Shown here: positions 20,015 through 29,983 of the stretch, in pieces | How the letters are laid out: each line of letters starts with the position of its first letter | Position numbering within the stretch: position 1 is the first letter of the stretch | The notes under the pieces: generated by a model | Databases searched by the model: none | The model's input: only the letters and a program-made list of their open reading frames with translations | Told to the model about the DNA's origin: nothing | Program-made: the position numbers and the translations under genes | Source: Phycisphaerae bacterium | GTDB taxonomy: Bacteria > Planctomycetota > Phycisphaerae > UBA1845 > Fen-1342 | DNA: 64,000 nt | Assembly (NCBI GenBank): GCA_050115495.1 | Contig: JASFQK010000035.1 | Span: 1-64,000 of the forward strand | Direction: 5' to 3'

Positions 20015-22087
20015 CTAACCCCGCCGCTTGGCTCCCCGGCGACGCTTCGGCTGCCAGGTGTCCCCGTCCCGTCCGCGCCCCTCCTCCCGCGGCCGGGCGT
20101 CGGCGGCGGCTACCTTCACCTCCGGCGATTCGCGCAGCTCCTTGATGTGATCCCGTAACGCTGCCGCCCGCTCGAAGTCCAGCTCCTCCGCCGCCTGCAA
20201 CATCTCCGCCTCGAGCTGGTTGATCAGCTCGTCGCGGTCGTACTCCTCCGCGCCGGCGTGCACCACCTCGCGCACGCGACGCATGGCGCTTACCTCGGTC
20301 AGCAGGCCGGTGCGGATCGCCTTGCGAATCGTGTCCGGCGTGATGCCGTGCTCCTCGTTGTAGCGAAGCTGGATCTCCCGGCGACGGCCCGTCTCGTCCA
20401 TGGCCCGCTGCATCGACGGCGTCACCTTGTCGCCGTACAGGATGACGAGGGCGTTCACGTTGCGGGCGCAGCGGCCGATGGTCTGGATCAGCGACGTGTC
20501 GCTGCGCAGGAAGCCCTCCTTGTCGGCGTCCATGATCGCCACGAGCGAGACCTCGGGCAGGTCAAGCCCCTCGCGCAGCAGGTTCACGCCGACCAGCACG
20601 TCGAAGCGACCTTGGCGCAGCTCGCGCAGGATGTCGATGCGTTCGAGCGTGTCGATCTCGCTGTGCAGGTAGCGGCCGCGCAGACCGGCCTGCTGGATGA
20701 ACGCCGAGAGGTCCTCGGCGAGCCGCTTGGTGAGTGTGGTGACCAGGACGCGCTCGCCGCGGGCGGAGCGTTCCTGGATGCGCTGCAACAGGTCAGGCAC
20801 CTGGCCGCGGGCGGGATGCACTTCGATGAGCGGATCGACCAAGCCGGTCGGCCGGATGATCTGTTCGACGACTTCGCCGGCGCAGGTTTCGAGCTCGTAG
20901 GGGCCGGGCGTGGCACTGACAAACAGAACGTGCTGCCACATGCCCTCGAACTCGGCGAAGCGCATCGGGCGGTTGTCGAGGCAACTGGGCAGGCGGAAGC
21001 CGTGCTCGACGAGGACCTGCTTGCGGTTGCGGTCGCCGTTGTACATCGCGCCGATCTGCGGGAGGGTCACGTGCGACTCGTCGATGATGACGAGGAAGTC
21101 CTTGGGGAAGTAGTCGACGAGCGTGTACGGCTTCGAGCCGGGCGACGTCTGGTTGAGGTGGCGCGTGTAGTTCTCGATGCCGCTGCAATAGCCGACCTCG
21201 AGCAGCATCTCGACGTCGTACTTGGTGCGGGCCAGCAGACGCTGGGCTTCGAGCAGCTTGCCGTCGTGGCGGAGCTGCATGACACGCTGGTCGAGTTCCT
21301 GCTGGATGCCCTGCACGGCAGCCTGCAAGTTCTCCTCGGGCAGCACGTAATGTACCGCGGGGTAGATATACGCCTGCTCCCGGCGTTGGAGGACCTCGCC
21401 GCTGAGCGGGTGGACGTACGACAACCGCTCGACGACGTCGCCGAAGAGCTCGATGCGCAGGACGTACTCCTCGTGTGCGGGGGCGAGCTCGATGACGTCG
21501 CCGCGGGCGCGGAAGCTGCCGCGCTTCAGCTCGACGTGCTGGCGCTCGTATTGCAGGCGGACAAGCTGGCGGAGCAACTCGTCGCGTTCGAGCTCCTGAC
21601 CGACGCGGACGTCGATCACGCTGGCCTTGTACTCGTCGGGCGAGCCGAGGCCGAAGATGCAGGAAACGCTGGCGACGACGACGACGTCCCGGCGGGAAAC
21701 AACCGCGCTGGTCGCCGAGAGGCGCAGGCGGTCGAGGTCGTCGTTGCGCGAGGCGTCCTTTTCGATGTAGATGTCGCGCTGGGGAATGTAGGCTTCGGGC
21801 TGATAGTAGTCGTAGTAGCTGACGAAGTACTCGACGGCGTTGCGCGGCATGATCTCGCGGAACTCTTCGTAGAGCTGGGCGGCGAGCGTCTTGTTGTGCG
21901 ACAGGACGAGCGTCGGCAGGCCCAGTTGGGCGATGACGTGGGCCATCGTGAACGTCTTGCCCGAGCCGGTCACGCCGAGCAGCGTCTGCCGCGGCCGACC
22001 CTCGCGAAACCCGCGCACGAGCCGAGCGATGGCTTCGGGTTGGTCCCCGCGCGGCTGGAACTCACTGACGATCTGGAAGTCGCTCAT
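20015..22087 (-). CDS. uvrB: Excinuclease ABC subunit B
   Basis: GDQPEAI, GVTGSGKT, YYDYYQPEAY, DESH, NLLREGLDLPEV, C-terminal UVR domain. Confidence 0.98.
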   Translation of the reverse strand: MSDFQIVSEFQPRGDQPEAIARLVRGFREGRPRQTLLGVTGSGKTFTMAHVIAQLGLPTLVLSHNKTLAAQLYEEFREIMPRNAVEYFVSYYDYYQPEAYIPQRDIYIEKDASRNDDLDRLRLSATSAVVSRRDVVVVASVSCIFGLGSPDEYKASVIDVRVGQELERDELLRQLVRLQYERQHVELKRGSFRARGDVIELAPAHEEYVLRIELFGDVVERLSYVHPLSGEVLQRREQAYIYPAVHYVLPEENLQAAVQGIQQELDQRVMQLRHDGKLLEAQRLLARTKYDVEMLLEVGYCSGIENYTRHLNQTSPGSKPYTLVDYFPKDFLVIIDESHVTLPQIGAMYNGDRNRKQVLVEHGFRLPSCLDNRPMRFAEFEGMWQHVLFVSATPGPYELETCAGEVVEQIIRPTGLVDPLIEVHPARGQVPDLLQRIQERSARGERVLVTTLTKRLAEDLSAFIQQAGLRGRYLHSEIDTLERIDILRELRQGRFDVLVGVNLLREGLDLPEVSLVAIMDADKEGFLRSDTSLIQTIGRCARNVNALVILYGDKVTPSMQRAMDETGRRREIQLRYNEEHGITPDTIRKAIRTGLLTEVSAMRRVREVVHAGAEEYDRDELINQLEAEMLQAAEELDFERAAALRDHIKELRESPEVKVAAADARPREEGRGRDGDTWQPKRRRGAKRRG

Positions 22088-22094
22088 ACCCGAG

Positions 22095-22100
22095 ATTATA
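22095..22100 (-). promoter_or_regulatory. -10 box TATAAT, 7 nt upstream of the uvrB ATG (possible leaderless promoter)
   Basis: Minus strand TATAAT-CTCGGGT-ATG with no Shine-Dalgarno in between. Confidence 0.55.
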
Positions 22101-22145
22101 CGGTCCCAACCCGCGACGCTCTCGCCCGGCACCCGCCATGAGCGT

Positions 22146-22646
22146 CTACCGCGTCCCCGCTCTCTCCTGCTCCGGGCAGAGATTCCGGACTCTGGCACCA
22201 TTCTCCGCAAGGGCGGCACCGAAATCCCACCAATCGGAGTCCACGGCGTTCAGCACAGTGGGCTCAAGCGAACTGGCAATCGCCAGAGCAACGAACTTGC
22301 GGTCGGCGCGATCGAATCCAGCCAACCGCGGGTCACGCGGGAACTCCTCGAAGTCACTCGGGTCGTCCTGACGCGGTGTGATCGTCACCCGTTCGCATCG
22401 CTGCGGGACGGCCTGGTTCTGCCAGACCCATTTGAAGAAGAAATCGCCGGCGCCGGGTTGCCCGGACATATTCAGGTTGTTCATGTACTCGTCGAGAACG
22501 AGCCCACCTTCATCCAGGATGACGATCCCGCTTGCGTACACTTCTTCCAGCGCTTGCAGGCACGCCAGCACGCAACCAGCTCCCGCCTGCTCGGCCCGAC
22601 CATTCGCGACCACGGGCACGTTCGTGTCGATGACGAACGCACTCAT
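22146..22646 (-). CDS. PIN-domain-like putative ribonuclease
   Basis: VIDTNV, LDEY, DRADRKFVALA, VDSDW acidic tetrad pattern; ATGA overlap with the upstream ATPase. Confidence 0.7.
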   Translation of the reverse strand: MSAFVIDTNVPVVANGRAEQAGAGCVLACLQALEEVYASGIVILDEGGLVLDEYMNNLNMSGQPGAGDFFFKWVWQNQAVPQRCERVTITPRQDDPSDFEEFPRDPRLAGFDRADRKFVALAIASSLEPTVLNAVDSDWWDFGAALAENGARVRNLCPEQERAGTR

Positions 22647-24010
22647 CCCTGCTGGCCCCGGCGGGTCATGGCCGCCTTCGTCATGGCGGCCATTTCTCCA
22701 AACTCGTCGCCGAAGAAGTCTCTGGGCCAGTTCTTGATGTTCCCCAGGAGATCAACGTCCAGTTCCGTAAGCACCGACGCGCCATTCGCCACATTGCAGA
22801 AGTACAGTGCGGTGGACGGCGCTATCTCGCCGGCGCCGTCCTCAGCGATCCTGCGCTGCAGGCGCCTAAGCAAGTGCTCGCTGTGGCTCTCGAAGATGAT
22901 CTGGACATTCCGCGTGCGTGTCGCATCCAGAAAGACATCAGCGAGCCCCGCCTGCACCGAGGGGTGCAAGTGAATCTCTGGCTGCTCCAGCAGGATCGTC
23001 GCACCCTCCGGCACGTAGTAGCAGATAACCAGCACCGGCAGGATTTGCGACACACCGAAGCCTACATCCGTGACCAGGACCTTCGCCGTCGCGGGCGTCT
23101 TCTGGACCCAGACACGGTACAGATTGCTCTCTTTTGCGATCGGTTCCACGGCAAAGTCGTGGATCAGGCCGAGTTCCTTGAGCCAGTGCGCCACGTATTC
23201 TTCCAGGGTCAACCTGGGCTTGCCCTTACCGCGCGATATCTTCAGACCTCGTTCGCGAGCCGCCAGAAGGGCATCCACCGCTCGTTCACCCCGCCACCCC
23301 ACGTCGGCCGGGTCCGCGCCGGCCCACGTGTACTGCCGCTGGGGATACTCGCGCAACGGTCCCAGGTAGTACACCTGGCCGAACAGGTTCTCCATGGCAA
23401 GCTGAAGGTCTGCCAGGAACCCCGCATTCTGGAAGTAAGCCTTCACCTGGTCCGGAAAGCCATAGAACTTCACGGGGGCCGGCAGGTCCCAAGGTCGGCC
23501 CCGTGTCCGTCCGAACTGAAACTGGCCTTCATGCGCCTGAAGTTCGTATTTGGATTCCCCTTCGTCCTTCCGGCACATGGTGAACCGGTGCTGCGCGAGC
23601 CGGTATGACATCTCACCCACCGCGAGTCGGCCCGATCCATTCTCCATGATGTGAGTATCGAAGCCGAGCGTGTCTCCCTCGAACAGGATGGACTTCTTGG
23701 CCGCCGGGTCGTTGATGCGTAGCGGCTCGGGCAGTTTCCACGACAACGACAGATCGACGACGCCCGGCTTCCGGTGCGCATGCACGATGTCACGGAAACT
23801 GCCCAGATTCGTCGGGCTCCGGTCATCGCCGAAGTTCAGTACCTGCGCGCGGTCCGGCGACTCCACCGTCTGCTTGAGCATCAGGAGCAACTGCAAGACG
23901 CTCGTCTTACCGGAACTATTCGACCCGAACAGGCCCGTGATGGGAGCGAGACGCATTCCATGTATGCGTTCCCATGACTTGAAGTTGGTCACGCTCAGTT
24001 CCGTGAGCAT
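22643..24010 (-). CDS. AAA_21/ABC ATPase with C-terminal DUF3696-like domain
   Basis: Walker A GSNSSGKT, DVGFGVSQILP, LLEQPEIHLHP, ESHSEH, GNIKNWPRDFF. Confidence 0.88.
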   Translation of the reverse strand: MLTELSVTNFKSWERIHGMRLAPITGLFGSNSSGKTSVLQLLLMLKQTVESPDRAQVLNFGDDRSPTNLGSFRDIVHAHRKPGVVDLSLSWKLPEPLRINDPAAKKSILFEGDTLGFDTHIMENGSGRLAVGEMSYRLAQHRFTMCRKDEGESKYELQAHEGQFQFGRTRGRPWDLPAPVKFYGFPDQVKAYFQNAGFLADLQLAMENLFGQVYYLGPLREYPQRQYTWAGADPADVGWRGERAVDALLAARERGLKISRGKGKPRLTLEEYVAHWLKELGLIHDFAVEPIAKESNLYRVWVQKTPATAKVLVTDVGFGVSQILPVLVICYYVPEGATILLEQPEIHLHPSVQAGLADVFLDATRTRNVQIIFESHSEHLLRRLQRRIAEDGAGEIAPSTALYFCNVANGASVLTELDVDLLGNIKNWPRDFFGDEFGEMAAMTKAAMTRRGQQG

Positions 24011-24189
24011 CAGCGCGGCTCCTTGGTCATTGGCCTGGGCGCCATCAGCGCAGCCCGAACCGCCTGCGGCAAGGCCAAGACCGGGTCATTATATGCTAAC
24101 GTCCCGGCCTGCAGAGGTTCCCGGTCGAGCAGTTCGGCCGACACGCACCTTCGGCTCGGCCAAGGACCTCATCCCGCCACGCGAGGATG

Positions 24190-26934
24190 CTACGGCTTGG
24201 GCGCGGTGCCATCCGCGCCCGCCTCCGGCGCTTCTTCGGCCGGGAGACCGAGCTTCGTTCGCGCTTCTCGGCGGAGCTCTCGAAGCTGGTCCGCCCACGG
24301 TGCGCCGCCGAGGTCGGGATACCAGACCTGGAGTTCCTTGATCGACTTGTCCACTTCTTCCGCCGCCCCCTCACGCAGACACAACGCCAGCCAATGGTAG
24401 CGGGCCTCCCAGAAGCGCTCCGGAGCACGCTTGCGCAGCGACGGATCCTTCAGCAGCTCGCCCCAGGCGTCCTTCGCCGACGTGATCTGGTCGGCGGTGG
24501 CGTCGCCGGTGAGCTGTTTCGTGAGAATCAACGCCAATAGACGCTGATAGTTGCCATTCTGTGCGTTTCTCTCGAGCAGGCCGGCGACTGCCTGACGCGC
24601 TTCGTCGAGCCGGCCGGCGGCGTAGAGCATCTGCGCCCGTCCGAAGACGACCGTCGGCACCTGGGCGGCGTACTGACTGTGCTTCTCCAGCCATTGCTCA
24701 AGCTGGACGAACGTCTCGACCGACTCGCCGGCGAGCTTCGCCGCCGCCTCGGATCGGCCGTCCTGCTGCATGCGCTCCACTTCCTGCTGCATGCCGCCGG
24801 CGAGCGACGAGAGCACCGCGCCGGCACGTTCGGACGGCACCGCTTCGAGATAGCGGGCGAGCGTCTCGGTAGCCTGCTCGAATTGGCGCAATCCGCGATA
24901 GGCGCGAATCCGCACCGCCAACACGCGCCCGATCAAGTCACTATCCGGATGCTGCTGCTCGAACTCGCTAACCAGGTCGAGGGCCGGTTGATAGCGTTCG
25001 AGCCCCTCACTGGCGAGCAGCTCGGCGGCGTTCACACGAGCCTCCGCTGAGAAGGTGACGAGATCCTTCGCTTCGGTCGGCGTCAGCTCGGCGGCACGCT
25101 TGGCGGTCTCGTCGGCATAGCCGCGCAGCGCATCGGCGACGGTCTGACCCTCTTGCGCATACTTCTCGGCGGTGAGCTCGCCCCGCCGGGCTTCGAGCGC
25201 CAGCCGGCGACAGAGCAACTCGCGGAGGCGGGCCTCGTCGTGGTGCGGCGAGTCGGCGGCGATCTTGGCGAACTCGTCCGCCGCCTCGGCGTAACGTTGC
25301 GCAGCTTGCAGCGTAACCGGCAGCAGCCACGCGGCCTCGTCCCGTTGCGGGTGTTCGGGGAAGCTCTGGAGCAAGTTGAGCAGCGTGTCGGCAAGCTTGG
25401 CGTGATCCGCCGGCTGCTTGCTCTTGCGGGCGATCTCGACGCGAAGCTGGTAGGCGAAGGTCGCCGCCTGCTCGGCGAGCTCGTGACCGCGGAACTCACG
25501 GGCCAGGCGATCGAACGCGTCGGCGGCCTGGGCCGGCTCGTCGAGGCGGTAGTAGCACTTGCCCAGTTCCATGAGCAATTGCCCGGCGAGGTCGGTATCG
25601 TCCGGCAGGCGCTCGGCGGGCTCGACCTGGAACTGCGGGCGGGCGAGCGCCTCGTTGAGACGAGCCACGGCATCCTTGTAGCGCTGCGCATCGACAAGCT
25701 GCCGGGCGGAGTAGAGCAGCTCGACGGGGCTGAGGTCTTCGGGCTTGGCAAGGATGTCGATGCTGGAGGCGATGTAGAGCTGCACGACCGCCGGCCACGG
25801 CCCGCCCTGGACGGCGAGTTGGTTGAAGCGGGCGAGGCCGATCTGCCGGGTGCGCTCAGCCTGGCGCAGGATGGCGGTCTTTGCCGTGCTGCCGGTGGCC
25901 TGAGCGCGAATGGCCTCGGCCTCGGCCAGGTAGCTGTTGGCGTCGAGCAGCCGGGCGAGGTTCAGGTAGAAGCGCAAGGCCCGCTCTTCGCCGGAGACCT
26001 GCGACTCATCCTGGCTGATGAGCGGGGCGAGCACCGTGCGGGCCTCGGTGAACTTCTTCGCGGCGACGTGGCAGCGGGCGAGTTCGCAACGGGCCTGGGC
26101 GGCGACGACCGCCTCCACACCTTCCTGCATCGCGGAGGCGAAGCTGCGCTCGGCGTCGTCAAAGCGCTTCATCTCGCGCTGCGCCATGGCCAGGCCGAGA
26201 TAGCACTGGTAGAGCATCTGCCCGGACTGCCCGGAATCGAGCAGCGTCTGGAAGCAGCGCTCCGCCACACGCAGGGCCTCACCACGCTGCCGCTCGTCCT
26301 TGTCCTCGATCATCCCCAGGTAGTAGTAGGCCCAGCCAGCGTTGTAGGTGACGTCGAGCTTGAGCTGGATGATCGTGCTGTAGACGCCGGCGGCGAGGAA
26401 CTCGTCCTCGCGCGTGTCGAGTTCGTCGTAGAGGCGATTCACGACCTCGCCGCCCGCGGCGTACTGTTCGAGGGCCGCGGTGAGCGCCGTCCGCAACTGG
26501 TCGCGGTCGCCACGCTGCCCCGCACTGATTTCGATCTCGTCCAGAACGCCGGCGGCGCGCAGACCCATGAGCATGCCGGCGTACTCGACACGGGCGCCGG
26601 CCAGATTGACGGTGGCCTTGGCGGAGGCGTCGCTACGAGCGGTCTTCTCCAACGTGTTGATCCACTGCTGGTAGCGCCGATCGGCCTGGTCGAGGGCCCG
26701 CTGGCGCGCGACGGCCTGCCGGGCGCGGCGGGCGCGGTTGGAGCAAGCCTGGGCGATGAGATGAATCTCATCGGCCGTGCGGCCGCCGTTGAACTTCGAT
26801 TCGAGCGTTTCGACCATGCCCTCGCGGACGGCGCGGACGACGTCCGGCGGCAGCTCCTTCGGTTCTTCCTGGGCTCGCGAGGGGGCGACGAGGGCGGTCA
26901 GCAGCACGACGGTGGTGGCAAGGCGGGCGAGCAT
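24190..26934 (-). CDS. Large exported TPR-repeat protein
   Basis: Signal peptide (…APSRA), many TPR-like helical repeats; last gene of the exbB/exbD cluster. Confidence 0.8.
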   Translation of the reverse strand: MLARLATTVVLLTALVAPSRAQEEPKELPPDVVRAVREGMVETLESKFNGGRTADEIHLIAQACSNRARRARQAVARQRALDQADRRYQQWINTLEKTARSDASAKATVNLAGARVEYAGMLMGLRAAGVLDEIEISAGQRGDRDQLRTALTAALEQYAAGGEVVNRLYDELDTREDEFLAAGVYSTIIQLKLDVTYNAGWAYYYLGMIEDKDERQRGEALRVAERCFQTLLDSGQSGQMLYQCYLGLAMAQREMKRFDDAERSFASAMQEGVEAVVAAQARCELARCHVAAKKFTEARTVLAPLISQDESQVSGEERALRFYLNLARLLDANSYLAEAEAIRAQATGSTAKTAILRQAERTRQIGLARFNQLAVQGGPWPAVVQLYIASSIDILAKPEDLSPVELLYSARQLVDAQRYKDAVARLNEALARPQFQVEPAERLPDDTDLAGQLLMELGKCYYRLDEPAQAADAFDRLAREFRGHELAEQAATFAYQLRVEIARKSKQPADHAKLADTLLNLLQSFPEHPQRDEAAWLLPVTLQAAQRYAEAADEFAKIAADSPHHDEARLRELLCRRLALEARRGELTAEKYAQEGQTVADALRGYADETAKRAAELTPTEAKDLVTFSAEARVNAAELLASEGLERYQPALDLVSEFEQQHPDSDLIGRVLAVRIRAYRGLRQFEQATETLARYLEAVPSERAGAVLSSLAGGMQQEVERMQQDGRSEAAAKLAGESVETFVQLEQWLEKHSQYAAQVPTVVFGRAQMLYAAGRLDEARQAVAGLLERNAQNGNYQRLLALILTKQLTGDATADQITSAKDAWGELLKDPSLRKRAPERFWEARYHWLALCLREGAAEEVDKSIKELQVWYPDLGGAPWADQLRELRREARTKLGLPAEEAPEAGADGTAPKP

Positions 26935-26963
26935 GGGATGATGAATCTCCGCGGCGCCCGCCG

Positions 26964-27428
26964 TCAGGGCCCGGGCGTGCCGGGCTTGCGGAAGCTGACG
27001 GCGAACTGCACGTTGTGGAAGCCGGCCCGGACGGCGGCGTCCATGGCCTGAATGACGAAGCGCCAGCGCGTGGTCGTGTCCGCGCCGATGACGACGATGT
27101 TGTTCGGGTCGGCACCGGCCCGACGGCGGGCTTCGAGGTAGCGCAGCAAGCCGTCAAACGTGTTGTCGGCCAGCGGCTCCTCCATGACGAAGATCTCCGC
27201 GCCTTGCCCGTCGTCGATGTCCTGGAGCGCGATGCGGATGAGCGGGTTGACCTGGATGGCCGCCCCGCCACCCGGACCGCTGCTGTCGTCGAGCTCGGTT
27301 TGCAGGATGCCCTGGTGAACGAGATCGAGCGACGCGCCGAGCAGGAAGAAGATGAGCAGGACCATGATCACGTCGACCATGGGGGCGAGGTTGGGGACGC
27401 TCTCGTGGACGGGGGCCAGCTTGCGCAT
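26964..27428 (-). CDS. ExbD/TolR family protein
   Basis: NLAPMVDVIMVLLIFFLL TM helix with conserved Asp; VIGAD...VIQAMD...AGF. Confidence 0.9.
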   Translation of the reverse strand: MRKLAPVHESVPNLAPMVDVIMVLLIFFLLGASLDLVHQGILQTELDDSSGPGGGAAIQVNPLIRIALQDIDDGQGAEIFVMEEPLADNTFDGLLRYLEARRRAGADPNNIVVIGADTTTRWRFVIQAMDAAVRAGFHNVQFAVSFRKPGTPGP

Positions 27429-27916
27429 CAGGCACCTCCCGCCGACTCGGGCGGCAGGCCCTGGTTCGCGCTGAAGACCACGTTGGCGATGTGGGCCACG
27501 CCGCAGGCGCGGAGCACCGTCTCGACGTGCTGGTACTGGACGTTCTCATCGGCCTGGATCACGCAACGGATCTCCTGGCCGTCGGCGGCGGCATGCGCGG
27601 CTCGCGCGCGGAGCAGAGCCTCGATGTCTTCCGGCTGAAGGATGCGCTCGATGATCTGCTCGCCGTCCCAATCAACGACGACGTACTCGGCCTCGTGACC
27701 ATCCGCGCCGGCCTTGCGCACGGTGATCGTGACGCGGGCGCCGAGCTCGTGGCCTTGCACCTCCTGGGCGGCGACTGCCCAGGGCAGATCCACCTTGTAA
27801 CGCTCTGCCTCAACCAGCCTGCTGGCCAGCAGAAAGAAGATGATTAGGCACATCATCACGTCAACCATCGGGGCGAGGTTGAGCGTCAGGCTGGCCGGGG
27901 TGGGCATACGGAACAT
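27428..27916 (-). CDS. ExbD/TolR family protein
   Basis: NLAPMVDVMMCLIIFFLL; VIQADENVQYQHV. Confidence 0.9.
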   Translation of the reverse strand: MFRMPTPASLTLNLAPMVDVMMCLIIFFLLASRLVEAERYKVDLPWAVAAQEVQGHELGARVTITVRKAGADGHEAEYVVVDWDGEQIIERILQPEDIEALLRARAAHAAADGQEIRCVIQADENVQYQHVETVLRACGVAHIANVVFSANQGLPPESAGGA

Positions 27917-27946
27917 CGGCAAGTCTCCCGGGGCGGGGCCGCGGGG

Positions 27947-28726
27947 TTACGTCTTCGAGGCCGGCTGCGCCGCGGCGGGTGGCGGCGTCCGTTCGCTGCG
28001 CCGGGCGGTGGGCGAAACGCGGAAGTACTCGAGCAGGTTCAGGGTCTCGACGGTGGCACTGACCGTCAGCGAGTCGATGCGGTTACGGCAGACGCCGAAG
28101 AAGCCCAGGCCGACGATGGCGAGGGCCAAGCCGAGCAGGGTGTTGACCAGGGCCTTGCTGATGCCGCTGGCGAGTTCGGCGGCGCCCGACTGTCCACCGC
28201 CGGCGCCGAGGCTGCCGAAGGCTTCGATCATGCCCCAGACGGTACCGAGCAGGCCGAGGAGCGGGCCGAGGTTACCGATGATGTTGAGGAACTCGGCCTT
28301 GCGGAACATGCGGCCGCTGAGTTCGCCGGACTTCTCGACGGCGGCCTCGTGCATGGCGTCGAAGCCGTGGCGGGCGTGGAGCAGGGCGGCGGTCATGGTG
28401 CGGGCGAAGAAGGTGGTGCTTTTGCGCAGCGTATCGAGGCATTCGCGGAAGTTGCGATTCTCGATGAGCTCGCGGGCCTGCAGCATCTGCTGCGCCGGGT
28501 AGATCGTCGCTCGGCGGACGCCGAGGAAGTGCTCGACGATGAGGGCGATGGCCACGACCGAGCCGACCACGATGAAGTACGTCGGCACCTCGATGCCGTC
28601 GTAGATGATCTTGAGGATGGACTGACGCTCGCCACTCTCGGCCGGAGCGGCCAGGGCCGGGACGGCCACGGCGCCCAGCAGCAGTATCGCCAGCCAGAGC
28701 GCGCGGCGGGTACGAAAGGTGCCCAT
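27947..28726 (-). CDS. MotA/TolQ/ExbB proton-channel protein
   Basis: GPLLGLLGTVWGMIEAF, LASGISKALVNTLLGL; RBS AGGAG before ATG 28726. Confidence 0.92.
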   Translation of the reverse strand: MGTFRTRRALWLAILLLGAVAVPALAAPAESGERQSILKIIYDGIEVPTYFIVVGSVVAIALIVEHFLGVRRATIYPAQQMLQARELIENRNFRECLDTLRKSTTFFARTMTAALLHARHGFDAMHEAAVEKSGELSGRMFRKAEFLNIIGNLGPLLGLLGTVWGMIEAFGSLGAGGGQSGAAELASGISKALVNTLLGLALAIVGLGFFGVCRNRIDSLTVSATVETLNLLEYFRVSPTARRSERTPPPAAAQPASKT

Positions 28727-28842
28727 GATCTCTCCTGCTACGGGCGGCCCCTCGGCCCACCGGCCGGCCGCCAAACGAAACACGACAGCACAACGCGTTT
28801 CCGCCGGCCGGGCGCGGTCCCGGCAGCGGTCGACCCCGGCGC

Positions 28843-29937
28843 CTAGTGGCGGCCGAGGTCCTTGCCCGTCACGATCTTGGCCACGCCGCGGTTCTCCTCC
28901 GCGATGCGTCGCAGCCGGCGGGCACCGTCCGTTTCGCGCGGCAGCCCGCTCATATCCCCCAGCAGAATCTCGTCGAAGACGAAGCACACGATCCGGGCCC
29001 GCGCGGCCCGGTTGGCCTGCGTGACCTGATCCACGATGCTGTCGTCGAAGTAACCGTCGGAGAAGAAGAAGATCGCGTCGGGACGCATGGCCAGCGCCCG
29101 CTGGATCGACTGGAGCGGCTCGGTCTCGCCGCGCGGCGACTTCTTGTCGAGCCAGTCGTAGAAGCGGCGACGCGTCTCGGTGGTCGCCGGCTGCAACTGC
29201 GATTCGAAGCTCTCGCTCTTGAAGCGGTTGCCGCTGCCGGTGCCCTCGCTGTAGAAGATGATCACGTTGAACGCCTGAGAGGGCTTCAGGTCGCTGATCG
29301 AGCGTTTGAGCTCGCGCTTGAGGTCGTCGACGGCGACGATGATCGAGCCGGAAAAGTCGACGACGTAGACGATCCGGTTGGCCTGGATCTGGACGCCCCA
29401 CACGCCGGCCCGGCCCAGTTGTCCGCCGCGGCCACCCATGCCGCTGCCGAAGCCACCTTCGCCGGCCTCCGACGCGCCGGAGCCGATGCCGAGCAGGCTG
29501 AAGCGCCCCTCGCCCAGCCCGAGACCCTCGCCCTCGCCGGCACCCAGATCCTCGCCGGCGGTGAGGGCCGACTCATCGAAGGTGTTCACGCGGGAGAAGT
29601 CGGACAGATCGAGCTGGTCGAGCTTCTCCTCGTCGGGCGTGGTCAGGGTCACGTCCTCAGCCCACTGGAACGCCTCGTCGAGCCGATCCTCGGGGCTTTC
29701 CACCAGCCCGGCCTCGTAATCCTCGACCGTGAGCTCCGTGCGGGTCAGCACCGCAAAGGTCTTCAGGGCCGCCCCGGTGAACACGCCCACGTGAATGACC
29801 ACGCTCAGCACCAGCGGCAACCCGAGGTGCATCAGCCAGCGATAGAACGGGTTACGTCGCTCCCGATCCGGCGCGGTCTCGAACGTCGGCCGGGACGGCG
29901 CGACGGGCGGCGGGTCGAGGGCGGGTTCGTTGGTCAC
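28843..29937 (-). CDS. Membrane-anchored vWA-domain protein
   Basis: TM helix LVLSVVIHVGVF, Gly-rich linker, MIDAS VYVVDFSGS, GETEP, FFFSDG; start uncertain. Confidence 0.85.
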   Translation of the reverse strand: MTNEPALDPPPVAPSRPTFETAPDRERRNPFYRWLMHLGLPLVLSVVIHVGVFTGAALKTFAVLTRTELTVEDYEAGLVESPEDRLDEAFQWAEDVTLTTPDEEKLDQLDLSDFSRVNTFDESALTAGEDLGAGEGEGLGLGEGRFSLLGIGSGASEAGEGGFGSGMGGRGGQLGRAGVWGVQIQANRIVYVVDFSGSIIVAVDDLKRELKRSISDLKPSQAFNVIIFYSEGTGSGNRFKSESFESQLQPATTETRRRFYDWLDKKSPRGETEPLQSIQRALAMRPDAIFFFSDGYFDDSIVDQVTQANRAARARIVCFVFDEILLGDMSGLPRETDGARRLRRIAEENRGVAKIVTGKDLGRH

Positions 29938-29983
29938 CACGGGGGTCCGGATCCTCCAGGGGGAGCCGACCGGCGGCCGGGGC

